From contig NW_025963924.1 in the NCBI RefSeq assembly GCF_023055435.1, positions 11,904,001 to 11,968,000 on the forward strand: 64,000 nucleotides of DNA. The letters are read 5' to 3'. The notes beneath the pieces were generated by a model that was given only the letters and a program-made list of their open reading frames with translations, was not told the origin of the DNA and did no database searches. Source of the stretch: Haliotis rufescens. Lineage: Eukaryota. Position 1 is the stretch's first letter. The number at the start of each line of letters is the position of its first letter. Shown here one piece after another: positions 50,855 through 63,562 of this stretch. The position numbers and the translations under genes are program-made.

Positions 50855-52990
50855 CCTCCAATTCTTCATTGAGAGATGCTAACATTTAAATGAATATATA
50901 CCTCTTATCCTCATTCCATGAATAGTTAATACCACTGATCATTTGGTCATCTGAACGTACCTTTGTTGTAGTCTCTGATAAATCAATATTCGTAGATAGA
51001 TTAAATGCTATAGGGAGATGTTCTGATTCACTTCTTGAAATAATTTTAAAAGACAGAACTTTCTCAAATAACCAGCATGATCCAATGACATAATCAATTA
51101 CACTGCATCCATTATGTCCAACAAATGTATAATCACCTTTTTCTTTGTCAGTATCACATCGACCATTTAGAATGTGCAAATTCAATAATTGACACACATC
51201 AATTACAGATTTTCCAAATTTGTTAGTTTGCAGGTCAGAGGAGAACCTAGGTCTGTAGAAACCATCTGATACTAGTTCCGTTATTAAATCATCATCATCT
51301 AGTTCTAGCATTTAAGTCGCCACAAAGTATAGTTTCAACAGGTGACAAGTTAGCTGTAAAATCAATATAAGAGTCTAAGAGGAGGTCAATTCCATTTTTC
51401 GAACGCTTATCGCCATACCATCTTGATCCTTCTGGCTGAACATATGCATAGATACACAATACATGTTTTTCACATGAAAACAAATTATTGTCAAACAGCG
51501 TAAAAATAGCATTTTCAAAGTACCGGACGCATTTGATATATTTTGAAATTTATCTCTTATAAACACTATTATACATCCCGAGGCGCGTCCAAACTGTGAC
51601 AGCTTAATACTGGGTAAATGAAAGCATTTGTATCCTGAAGGGAAAAATCAGTATTATCTTTTTCATGTGACCGAGTTTCTGATAAGTGGATGATGTCGAA
51701 ATCGCTGATGAAGTTAATAAACTCCTCATCTTTCATTTTATTGTGCAGACCTGAAATATTCCATGTCAAAGTCGACACATTGTTGACAGGTTTAATGTCC
51801 ATCGATGGTGACATAAGTCGGGCCCGGCCGTATCCCTATGGATGAGCAGATCTCTGTCGTGTTTTTTTGAAGAGTTGTGTTCCGTTATTGGCAAACGCGC
51901 AGTCTTGTTTAGGGGGCATATCCACAACTACAAGTTTCCCATTTTTGTAGAAACCCCTCTTCCCATCTTCAGCTAGAGATTTCTGTTTATTTCGCTGTGA
52001 AGCAGTAAGGTCGTTTGATATTCCCATTTGTTTAGCTTTTAATTGTTCTCTCTTCTTTAAGGCCCATGGGGCGGTCGGGTAGCCTAGTGGTTAAAGCGTT
52101 CGCTCGTCACGCCGAAGACCCGGGTTCGATTCCCGACATGGGTACAATGTGTGAAGCCCATTTCTGGTGTCCCCCGCCGTGATATTGCTGGAATATTGCT
52201 AAAAGCGGCGTAAAACCATACTCTCTCACTCACTCACTTTAAGGCCCAAATCCCAGTTTCCTCAGTTTCCCAGAACGCACATATGATAGGTCTCGGTTTC
52301 TTTGCTGTAGCTCCTCCAAGTTTATGCGATCGGCGAATATCCTTGGGTTGAATTGCACTGTCGCCTTCCTCACATACAGAGTTCAACACTTTTAATACTT
52401 TGTTTCTGCATGATCGAAACGATTCATCGCCATCCTCGGGCACACTATGCAAGATGATATTATCGCGCCGACTAAAAATGTCTAGTCTCTCAACTCTGTT
52501 CTCGATGGCACTAATGTCTTCTCTATGTGTTAAATCCTGTTGTAGTTGCTCGTGTACATAGTCCACATCCAGTTGTGTAATATGTTGTTGTTCTTTTATT
52601 TGTGAAATATCCATTTTTTAGTTCAACAATATTGTCAGTTACTTTCTTTATGTCTCCTTGCACGTGTTTAAGTTCATCTTTCAATTGAGTGATGTCCTGT
52701 TTTATGTCTATTTTCATGTTTCTAAGTTCCTCAATGATGTTAGTTTTATCAAGATGTTGTTGACTGAATGGTCCAGGGTTCAGTTCAACATCGCCCGAAC
52801 ACAGCAACAGTAAATGTACTGACACAGGTAGTTGAAACTGTTCACCCGACACGAGGAAATTACTGGACGCGTTGCTACTGCAGTCCGTGCAGGACCTATA
52901 TTGGAACACAGAACTTGTTGTGGCTATATTATATCGTCCACAAAGGCCATCGGTGAATGTACAACCTATACATCCCATTAATGGTATGTC
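50855..52990 (-). mobile_element. 3'-truncated LINE: ORF1 (coiled coil plus L1-type RRM-like region, 2A-like motif) and ORF2 APE endonuclease, frameshifted
   Basis: RRDNIILHSVPE...PRPII; TWNISGL, LSET, CGDLNAR, ILNGR, SVIDY, SEHLPI. Confidence 0.9.
52067..52236 (+). mobile_element. SINE family A nested in LINE ORF1
   Basis: 12-bp TSD CTTTAAGGCCCA at 52055-52066 and 52237-52248. Confidence 0.95.
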
Positions 52991-53365
52991 TTTGCAAGAA
53001 GTAAACTGGCCATGTGATGAGCCAACGCTTTAACAACTGGGCTACCTATCACACCATACTCAACCCATCAGTGGTATGTCTGTGCCAGAAGAAAACTGGT
53101 GATATGATGAGCCATCGCTTTAACAACTTGGCTTCCCATAGCAACCTATTTAACCTATCAATGGTATGTCTGTGCCAGATGTAAACTGGTCATGTGATGA
53201 GCCAACGCTTTGACAACTGGGCTACCTATCACACCATACTCAACCCATCAATGGTATGTCTTTGCAAGAAGTAAACTGGCCATGTGATGAGCCAATGCTT
53301 TAACAACTGGGCTACCTATCACACCATACTCAACCCATCAATGGTATGTCTGTGCCAGATGCAAA
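52974..53365. repeat. 90-bp tandem repeat (~4.3 copies) containing a SINE-A head fragment
   Basis: Period 90 (52974, 53064, 53154, 53244, 53334); minus strand GGTAGCCCAGTTGTTAAAGCGTTGGCTCATCAC. Confidence 0.9.
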
Positions 53366-54054
53366 CTAGTTTAGAAAAGGTTCACAGGTCAAAGGCATTA
53401 CCAATCTGGTGAAATCCATGAGCACAGTTGTGGTGCTGACATTTAGAGTGAATTTGAGATGGAAACCCAAGATCATAGGTTTCTGGCACAGCCAAAAGAC
53501 ACAACAGCGCCTCAGACAAATGATCCACCTTTGCCCCCAAAACAGAGTATATCATGACAAAAGGAGTTCTATATTGTGAAAAATTGGACAGTTTATTCAG
53601 GACGGTGAATTACATGTCACAAAAACATCAACAACAGACAGTGTAGTGAGCATGTTAACTTGACAGCAATACCAGATTGCAAATTTACCATTACTTTCAT
53701 ATTTGATTTTATTTGAACGAGAATTTCTGTACAAAATCATACTTTCTTCCATGATCTTACTTTCTTCCATGATCTTTTTCAGTTTTCAAGACGTTTTAAA
53801 CTGGATTGAAAACATTTCTTCGCAAAAATGTACTTTCTTTCATGCGCCTTTCATTTTCCAAACAGAGTTAAACATAATACTTAACATTGATTGTACTTCA
53901 ACATCAAACATCTTAACTTCTAAAATCAAAGCAAAGGTTAATGTCAAGCCACATATCAGAACGTTAAACTGGAGAGTGTGCTGTGGCATGCTAACTATAT
54001 TTGTATTAGGGGAATAAACTTGCTTGCATCAATGCACAAAGGGGATCCAACAAG

Positions 54055-54260
54055 TTATAACATGATAAAATGAGATAATCCTTTTCCAACAATTTCCTTT
54101 GTAAAATGCACTCTATGGTACTGAAAGTCAGAGTCCAAGGTCAGATTTACACAACCCACAGAATGACCTACATGGCTTTTCCATATGTGGAATGCATACT
54201 TCTTAAAAGCTTCTATGAAGGAATCATCAGAATTTGAAACCAACTCCTTTATAAGGTCAG
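54055..54260 (-). CDS. Candidate terminal coding exon of an unidentified gene
   Basis: Strong polypyrimidine tract plus AG, then open frame DLIKELVSNSDDSFIEAFKKYAFHIW...HFIML*. Confidence 0.5.
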
Positions 54261-54839
54261 CTTAAATAAGAAATGAGAAGAAGTGAAAACATTGTAAATA
54301 AAGTCCTCTTGTTATCAGGTCACTGAAACCTTTTATGTAAACTATGCAAAGATTTGCGATTGAAACCTTCAAACTTAAAGTGATCTTTTGTTTTGTCCAA
54401 TTCTTAGCTTTTCTTATTTCTTATTTTTATAGCATCATTATGTTGGTGGTTTACCTGACATACTGACATTCTCTTACTAAAAAAAGTCAACGAAACCCTT
54501 TCTATAATCATAAGAAATCAGTGCTAAAAGCAGAGTCCATTGTATTATTTTGCCTTCATCATGAGCATGTGCCAAGAAATCACCATCAAATAGTGTGATT
54601 CAGTTGTGATTCAGTGATTCAGGTCTTGTACATAACCTAACATAACTTTCAACTCTCCTTGTAGTATCGGTCAGAAAGGAAAACTGTATTATTTTCACAA
54701 TGTACATGTAAAGCATTCAATCAGTAAACAGTGTACAGTGTATTTCCTCAAATCTCTGTAATGAACATTCTGCTTAGTCCATTATATTATTATGTATTGG
54801 GAGGTGAAATAATTCAAAACAATTGCACTTTTTAGCAAA

Positions 54840-55057
54840 GTACATGCATGTGTGTGTGTGTGGCAGCTAGTACCAGTCAGCTTAGCATGAATACCCTACT
54901 CAGACACAACCGGCCCTTGTTTTATCCCCTTAATGCAGAGGTCCAGGCAGGGTAACAACAAGTACCATTAAACGTCTTTTGGCCTGATGCGGACGGGGAT
55001 CAAACCACCGATCTTCCACTCTCCAGGCAGATGCTCCACTTGATTACAGAGGCGGTT
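54840..55057 (-). mobile_element. SINE family B, degenerate
   Basis: CTCAGACACA...GGTAACAACAAGTACCAT...GAGGCGGT. Confidence 0.75.
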
Positions 55058-57204
55058 TGTAACTAAACATAACATCCTAACCAGAGACAGGAATAATCCT
55101 TGTAGGATCCACAATTCAAAAACATAGTAATAACACGTCCTTTTTTAAAAAGAACTACAATGTGTAGGTTGTCTACAAACATACATTGTCATGGTCGTTC
55201 ATGGTCTGTACGTTACTTTATGTCTTGATTAAAGGATGTGGTTTTTTTCAAAGCTGCGATCCATAGTTCTATGGTTTAGCATATGGGAGCAGAATGTCAC
55301 AGCGTAAGAGATGGAACATTGGTACAAAGTAAAACATCAAAGCCATTTGAATTTTTTCTCATTTCATACTGCTTTTACAAGTCTAATCCAGAGTATTGAT
55401 TCGCCAACTAATTCCGAATGAGCTGTGAGGAAAGCTGCACTACTGTTGAAATCATCAAAGGAAAATTGTGATCAGATGGCCGTGCAATAAATAACATTAA
55501 CAACCAAATGGAAATCTTCACTTCAAAACTATTTACAACCTGTATGCAAGAGACAAAGTTCTGTTTGCGTAATAAAAGGTTCATGACCATCACAAACAAA
55601 CAAAAAATAACTTCCATCAAATCATTTGTAAAAACTTCAAATAACTTGAAAGTTTAGAATTTATTCGCTTTTTCATTCTATATGTTTTGATAAGCAATTT
55701 TATCACATAATGGGTAGCTTTCTCAGCAAAGTAACAAGTAGGGACGGCATCAGTTGGGGTCATTGTAGGAAATATTTGCAAAGAAGAAAGGCTAGGTTAC
55801 TTTCAGTCTTTAAAAAAATGGCATTGGCCAAGTTTATCAGCTACTGATTACCATCAGGATCTAAACAAGTTACTAAGATTATTGTTATCATTATCAACAG
55901 AATAGTCCAAGTTACTTAAGTCACTCGGGCCTTTTATGGTGTAGGAAACATTGGAGCTATATACTGCGAACCAAATTAGAGAGGATGGTACGGACCTCAG
56001 TCTTAATACCTGTCGTTGTAGACTTCTGCAGCTTGGGAAATCTTCCCTAATTGAAAAAGGTTGATTCGGCAAAAAAGATTGAAATTTTACTTTGTTTCAC
56101 GTTGTCTTTGTTTGGCACATCTGACTGAACGTTGTAATGTTATGTCAAAGTAGTGTTACATTACCAGGCAGACTCTAAACAAATTGACAACTCATTGGCT
56201 AGAGTAGCTTCCCTTTGATAATTGGCAATTACTCCAGCGGCAGTTCTATGGATAGCTGTGAACGACCTTCAATGATAATGTTAATTTTTAGGCCTAAAAA
56301 ATATTTCTAAAAATTATGTGTAGGCAGTTGTCTCTTTGCTTCATTGGTGGTTAAGCCAGAGTCTAAAAAAACAAATTTTAGTTGGAACCATTTTAACTGT
56401 TGTTACTGTCTAACTGACTAATCACTCAGCTCGCGGCGTAATATATTAAAGCCCACATTCCAGGAATACATGCAATGTTTAGGTTACATTTGTGAGAGAT
56501 TGATTTCGACGACAGAATTTAAGAATGACATTATGTGATAAAAGGTTATCACGTTGTGTTTTGGGATGGTAAATAACCTGTATTAGGCATAAACACAAAG
56601 TTTTTATCTTGCCCAGGCTCGCAAAATACAACAACAAAAAATTCCTAATACAGGATATTTACCATCCAAAAACCCATCTAAAAAAAATACTCGACTGATA
56701 ACCTCAATGTACGCTTTTTGAGGATTGCTTCAAAGACATTGTCATTGAAAACTGAGGATAAATTTACATCTTTTCATAATTTCTCCAAATTTTCTATTTG
56801 GAAAAGGATTTGACAGCACTTGTTAACAACAGCATCAAATTATCCACTCCTGGACAAGGCTTATTTCAATGACAAATACCAAACTCACACTCGTCAGAAA
56901 GAGCCTACATTAATGACAAATACCAAGTTTACCTATTGTCAGAAAGAGCTTACACTAATGACAAATAACAAGTTTACCTATTATAAGAAGAGCCAACACA
57001 AATACAAAATAACAAGTTCATGTTGTGCAGTTAGAAAAAGTGTTTGTTTGAGACAAGTACAAAGTAGACCTTGTGCTTGCAGTAAAAATCTAACATTGAA
57101 GAAAAGTACCAAGTAAAATTCTGGCATTTCTGGTAGGAAATGTTAATGTTAATGGCAAAAAACAAGTTCTTTTCAGTGCAATTGGAAAATGGTTATCTAA
57201 AGGA

Positions 57205-57420
57205 CTATTGACAAGTGCCCCCAGTGAAAATAGGAAAAGGGTTATGTTGAAGACAAGATTCAAGTGACCCTAGTGATAATGTGAAAAGGATTATGTTAAA
57301 GACAAGATTCAAGTAACCCTAGTTATAATGTGAAAAGAATTCTGTTAAAGACAAGATTCAAGTGACCCTAGTGATAATGTGAAAAGGATTACATTAAAGA
57401 CAAATACCAAATGACCCTAG
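57205..57420. repeat. 49-bp tandem repeat, ~4.5 copies
   Basis: GACAAGATTCAAGT.ACCCTAGT at 57252, 57301, 57350. Confidence 0.85.
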
Positions 57421-58247
57421 TTATTTTATGAAATGACATTTCAAACATTTGGCAAGAAGTTAATTGCACTCACAAAAAGTTAATATTAAAACATAAATAT
57501 ATTCTAGGAATGTAATAAATAGGACGGTCACCGTAACTCAGTTACATGTCCTGAGTCAAGATCTTCATAAAGACCCAGTGTGATATTATAGGCATCTATG
57601 GACGGATGGGCCTTGAAATACAGTATCACAGTTAGCTATACATGCTGAGATAATTCAAAACATCACCACTAGAGAATAATTAGTCGTAATAGTCTGCCGA
57701 GGCAGATTCCACTGAGTATAAAAGCAAAATAGTGATGAACATTATATGAATGGATCTCTGAAAAACAGTGACAACACCTGGTGTTCACGAAAAAAGGTAA
57801 AGATGTCCTGCTCTACCAGTAGCATCCACCAATCATACAATTTTGATAAACAAGTGTTTGTTTGTCTTCTAATGCTGCACCCATCAATATTCCTGCCATA
57901 CGACAGTGACTTATAAACAACAAATGTGAAATTTGGGGTCTGTTAATTAATGTTCAGTTAGATTAAAATCCTTTCATAAAAATCATTCAAGCAACGACTT
58001 TTGAGAAACTAAAGCATCAGGTGGCTTCATTATTAAAAGTATGCAACCATGTCCCCTGTCCACCAATTAATAGTGGTGGTGTTTTTCTCTGACAGGAAGT
58101 GCCTGGGACTTGGTATACCTGCAACCTCAAATTACGGGGAAAAAAATATGTGTTCCTAGCAGTATGCATTAAACTGTGGAGCATGCAGACCAAAGTTTCA
58201 AACAAATTTGAAACAAAGCTACATTGAAACCTTGTCAATCCAGACAC

Positions 58248-58388
58248 TGTGACTGAGTATGGGTTCACACGTCTTTTAGCAATATTCGAGCAATATACCG
58301 GTGACGGACACCAGAAATGGCACCACATTGTACCCATGTTCGGCATGACGAGCAAACTCTTTAACCACAAGGCTATCCCACCGCCCCC
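58248..58388 (-). mobile_element. SINE family A, degenerate with internal deletion
   Basis: TTAGCAATATT...CACCAGAAATGG...GGCTATCCCACCGCCCC. Confidence 0.75.
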
Positions 58389-59219
58389 TTACTGACACAG
58401 AAAACGCTCTTCTGTATGCTGTAGAATGCCCTGCACTGCACTGCACTGCACTGCACACTACACTTAACTGTTTCCCGAAATTACCCAAACAAAACCATTT
58501 CCAAATCTAATGAAAAAGACAATGAAAAATACTGGACTCATTTTTCATCTAAGCACATATTTTTAACATCGTAAAACAGTTATGGTATTAAAAGACGGCA
58601 ACATTAGAAGTTCAATAATTTATTCTTTTAGAATCTGATTAATCACTCACTGTATCCAGGAATACAACATTCTGACACTAATTGCCTTAAGCTAATGACA
58701 ACATTCTAGTTCCTCAACATAGGACTAGCGGTGGGCTGATCTCCAACCTACAAAATCCATGTATCCTTCAAGCAGTGATTCTACAACTGTACATACTGAA
58801 TAAAACCCTGATCATTCTCATCATCAATCAATACAATGTAGCAAGCAGGATTGCCAAGTTAGATATATAAAAAAAATGGATAAATGGTACAATATTCATC
58901 CATCAGCTGGCAAGAAAGAAGTCCTGAATGGACCTTTTGAGATTTGCAAAACAAAATATAAACGATAACTGACAAGACAAAAAATCGGAACTTGACATAA
59001 AGTCATTTCCGGGAACATTACTCAAATTATCATCATTCATGGAAGTAAAAAGTTTGGCTGTCCAGGATTAGAAATTAATGGGGGTCCCAAACCAAAAAAA
59101 ATAATCATTTGACAGGCCTGAGGGTGTAAGTGAAATAAGCCATATATCATTCCAAAACACTTGTAAATCCTATCAATGTATATTTTGAGATTCTGGAAAA
59201 TACAATATTGAACTGAAAG

Positions 59220-59498
59220 TGAGTGAGTTGGGTTTAACGCCGCTTTTAACAGTATTCCAGTTATATCAGCGTGTCAGCCACATTAAGCATGTCAGCTTAA
59301 TGTGGGAGGAAAGCCCGAAGTGATGCAGGTCTTAGACGTTTATCACTCCGGTGAAACCCACGAGCATGGGTATGGTGCTGACAAACCTAGAAACATAATC
59401 GGGGCGAACCAGGATTCGAACCCACAATCATAGGTTTCTGGCATGCCCAAGGGACGCAACTCTGCAGCGCCTTAGATGACTGGGCCACCCGTGCCCCC
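59220..59498 (-). mobile_element. SINE family E
   Basis: 12-bp TSD TTGAACTGAAAG at 59208-59219 and 59499-59510; box B GGTTCGAATCC. Confidence 0.92.
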
Positions 59499-59624
59499 TT
59501 GAACTGAAAGGAAACCTCCCTTGATACAAAATCTTTAAATTGGATTTGTTGCTGTCAATGAAACTAGGGCACCAGCTCACCTCAGTTATCAACATAACAC
59601 TACATATACATGATGGTCTGAGAG

Positions 59625-59830
59625 TGTGTTGTTTAATGTCGCACTCAGCAACATTCCAGCTATATGACGGCGGTCTGTAATTGAACCAGACAATCTAGTG
59701 ATTCATACCGTGAGCAGTGATCCACCCCGTTGGTACGATGACATGCAATCAACAAGTTACCGAGTCTAATGACTCGATCCACTGTCACCTCATTCATCCA
59801 GCATGGGTTCCTGGGGACTAGTTCTAATGG
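59625..59830 (-). mobile_element. SINE family C, degenerate
   Basis: GCACTCAGCAACATTCCAGCTATATGACGGCGGTCTGTAA. Confidence 0.75.
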
Positions 59831-60900
59831 AGTCCCCCCTGGGGTACACATGATGGATACTGCAGCACCATCTTGCAAAACACATGGTTACCATGGCTAC
59901 CACAAGGGAGCTGGTTTATTATTTCAGGTTCCTCATCCACAAATGAACATCTACTAATTGTCAAATTTAGAGTTGATCCCATGACAAAGCTACAGAATCA
60001 CCTGATCCTAGAGAAGCTGTAGATATTAATTCATGAGTTATGACAAGGATTAATTTGAAGAAATCTAATAATGAAAATATTCTAGGGATAAAATGATGGT
60101 TTTGTTTTGCAAAACATCTGGTCTTGATATCAGTATATCTATAAATGGCAAGGGTGCTGGGATCTAGAAGGAAGAGCAATCTTCCCTTGACTACACGATT
60201 CTGCCACAGATGCTGACAATTATTTTGCTTCCAGAGAAAAAGGAAAAAATCTAAATGTCTGAAAATATGTAATTGATGAGAAACATAGTTTTCCATAGCC
60301 TTACCTACTTCTCTTTCAGAGCATTCCCCCGACCTAATTTTTCAGCCTCAGGCTATTCGAAACAAAACAAATATAACATCTTAATTTTCACGAGAATAGT
60401 GTTCAAAGCTTACACAAGAAACTAGTTTGACAGTCTGGATGAAGAGTGATTGTATTTGGAGTCAAACCATGTTTATCACTCCTACATTCAACATACAGAT
60501 CTACATTTTTCCACATGTGACGGAGGATGGAGAAATATGGCAACACTGAAAAAAAGGCTTGGTACTATATTGGCACATTTATCTGACTAGATGGCACTTG
60601 TCTGGTGTGTCCATGGCATATTGTCATGATTATAACATTGTATCATTCTGTTTCTACATCACATAATTCAACAAATTTAATATGGCCAAATTATGGGGTG
60701 GGCATGGTGGTGTTATAGGGCTATGCAACATTGAAATCTATTGAACTTCTCCCTAAACTGGAATAGACAGATGTCTCAATATTTGAGATACTCACCCACT
60801 CTGAGGAAAACGCCAGATAGTTTGAGAGATTTTACAGCTGCTTCATTCGTTTCATTGAACCAAGATAAACACTTCCATCAACCTACAGATAATTAAAATA

Positions 60901-60902
<2 letters not shown>

Positions 60903-60948
<46 letters not shown>
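60903..60948. repeat. (GT)n microsatellite
   Basis: Direct reading. Confidence 0.97.
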
Positions 60949-60950
<2 letters not shown>

Positions 60951-60958
60951 TAATAAAT

Positions 60959-61131
60959 NNNNNNNNNNNNNNNNNNNNNNNNNNNNNNNNNNNNNNNNNN
61001 NNNNNNNNNNNNNNNNNNNNNNNNNNNNNNNNNNNNNNNNNNNNNNNNNNNNNNNNNNNNNNNNNNNNNNNNNNNNNNNNNNNNNNNNNNNNNNNNNNNN
61101 NNNNNNNNNNNNNNNNNNNNNNNNNNNNNNN
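60959..61131. other. Assembly gap (N run)
   Basis: Direct reading. Confidence 1.
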
Positions 61132-61498
61132 TCAGTGTTCACGTGGTATACACCCGGAATGGATTACCTTGGCTTCTGGCCTATGAACCCAGTGTCTATT
61201 AGACATGCAGTTTACAATATCACAGTGTATGTGGTTACAGGCTATTTTTACTTTTTTTATATGTATCAGTTTTCATATATTCAATGATGTACAGATTCTT
61301 TTTTAACATAAAATCAATCCTGACAGTGCATTTATAAAAAATCATATGGGGATAGAGATTCATTTATCATGTACACAAAGTAGCCAACAAAAGACAGGTC
61401 ACTCTAAAAACATTCTGCGATAAGTGCCACAAAAAACAAAAATATCCACATAAAGTGAAATGCCACCATGTAGGAAAACAAGACTGATAGAAGAATAT

Positions 61499-61911
61499 TA
61501 GGGCTGGGACGGGTAACTCGGGTACCCGGGTCGGGTGGGTACTGAGTAGGACCCAGGTACCCACAGGACTACCCAGACCCGTGGTTAGTCACGTGATATA
61601 TTGTCTAATGACTAAAACTATCTGGAACTCTATGGCTACACTACAAGTCATTAATGTTCGCTTTTCTTTCTGACTATGCACCCATTCCTTCTGATTTTTC
61701 ATATGGTTGAATAAAGATATAACTTAATTCAACTTCAGTGTATGAATGACCAGATTGTTTGATACATGTATCTAAATATGTTTTGCCAGAGCTATGCTAA
61801 AAATGTTCCCAATAGAACATTTTGAGACATCTCCTGAGACCTACAGCGGGTACCCGGTAGGGTAGGGTAATAGGGTACCTGGGTAGTAAATTTGGACTCG
61901 TCACAGCCCTA
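61499..61911. mobile_element. hAT-type non-autonomous element (MITE)
   Basis: TIRs TAGGGCTGGGACGGGT / ACTCGTCACAGCCCTA; perfect 8-bp TSD AAGAATAT at 61491-61498 and 61912-61919; subterminal GGGTACCC repeats. Confidence 0.92.
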
Positions 61912-62410
61912 AAGAATATACATCATGTTCTAATGTTAAATGCAGAAATGGAATAATTTCATCCTATCTGCCAAATGAAAACCATGTCACCTAGGAAACA
62001 TGATTATAAACAAAATATATCAACTTATACTCAGGAATCAATAACATCAAGTCACCAACCATTCCAGAATATACTGCAATTAAGATTTGCAAAGGCAAAC
62101 AGCGCAAAATATAGCGTTGTCATGTTAATGTCAAACCCTAATCAACTGTCAGACCAACCAATCCACAAAACTGAAATTCTGCTGTCAAATTTTAGATTTA
62201 TAATATTCATAATGACCCATACCAGGCAAAGAATTAATTTTATGTTTTTTAATCCTGAGCAACCAAATTTTTCAATATCAAAACCCATAATTCCCCAGTC
62301 TTGCCTTTAGATCATCCTGAAACACATTACATCATCACACTGCTGCCCTTTTGATACATGATAATAAATGTGACATTTGCCACCTGTGATCGGAAATGAT
62401 ATCTCATTAC

Positions 62411-62504
62411 CCAATGCAAACAAAATGCTCGATGTGGATGTGTTTTGGTTGAATTCAGTGCACCGTCCAACACAAGCATCTGTAACAAGTGTGTGGTCCC
62501 TTTG
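62411..62504 (-). CDS. Candidate internal exon (94 nt) of an unidentified gene
   Basis: TTTTGCAG acceptor, GTAATG donor; KGTTHLLQMLVLDGALNSTKTHPHRAFCLHW is in phase with 63075-63239. Confidence 0.5.
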
Positions 62505-63074
62505 CTGCAAAATAGTACCGATGAAATGCAAAATAGATATAAACAAATTATCATGTCATTTGAAAACCTTGGTACTTCACGTCTATGATCATTGCAAGTC
62601 GCAGGAGGCGCACTGACAAAGTTGGGACCGAAACTAAAGCTTCATATTGTAATAGAGATGGTTTAGATCATGTAATTGTCAGTCAAATTTTTATTTCAGT
62701 TGAATGAAATTATTTCAGAATAAAAGTTTTGAGACTACCCCTATGTTCCGCGCTGTCCTTTAGCTGTTATGTTTATTGCCCAGACCCCTTTGTAACAACA
62801 GACAATGAAACACCACCCAATTCCATAATCGTTTGTTAAACAACCTTTTCTCTACTTTATTACAATGTCTGAAACTATGGTGACGAGTTGGTATGGACAA
62901 ATAAATGCCTTTCATGCCATTTAAGTTGAATTGTTGCTTTCAGATTTATATCTATTTTGCATTTCATCGGTACGATTTTGCAGCAAGCGGACCATAGTTA
63001 GTAATAGGATGTGACTGATGACCAATAAACATAACACTCTGTGACCACACAAGGGGATGTATAAGCACCAAAAC

Positions 63075-63239
63075 CTGGTGATGGACCCATCCACAATCTT
63101 CAGGTTTACCATGAGACTGGAATGAATCTCCATCAAAACATATTTCATATTTTCATATGAATTCAACACATCAATAGAGGTCAGTTCTGCATTCTCCACA
63201 TTACACCACTGCCCACATACACAACAGTATATCGGAGTC
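63075..63239 (-). CDS. Candidate internal exon (165 nt) of an unidentified gene
   Basis: TTGTTTCACAG acceptor, AG|GTTTTG donor; TPIYCCVCGQWCNVENAELTSIDVLNSYENMKYVLMEIHSSLMVNLKIVDGSIT. Confidence 0.5.
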
Positions 63240-63425
63240 CTGTGAAACAAGTAACAATGTATTAACAATTAACATAGGACTTCCTCTGATGTTAACACAA
63301 ACAGAATCTATCAGAAAATATCTATATTTCAATCATTAAAGGTAAATTGCCATTGTATAATAGTAAAATCTCGTTGCAAATATTGAATCTGTGAACATGG
63401 TGAATGAGTGATCATTATGATAACA

Positions 63426-63562
63426 GTGAGTGAGTGAGTGAGTGAGTTTGGTTTTACGCCGCTTTTAGCAATATTCCAGCAATATCACAGCGGGGGACAC
63501 CAGAAATGGGCATCACACATTGTACCCATGTCGGGAATCGAACCCGGGTCTTCAGCATGACG
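63426..63562 (-). mobile_element. SINE family A, 5'-truncated
   Basis: 13-bp TSD CATTATGATAACA at 63413-63425 and 63563-63575. Confidence 0.92.

Noticed and set aside
12443-52990. Two minus-strand LINE pieces (RT at 12-14 kb, ORF1/endonuclease at 51-53 kb) as one split element
   Set aside because: The RT piece sits inside a P2 exon whose halves rejoin and is intact, while the other piece is frameshifted; independent insertions are simpler.
60852-61287. ORFs spanning X residues
   Set aside because: Artefacts of the N gap and (GT)n.
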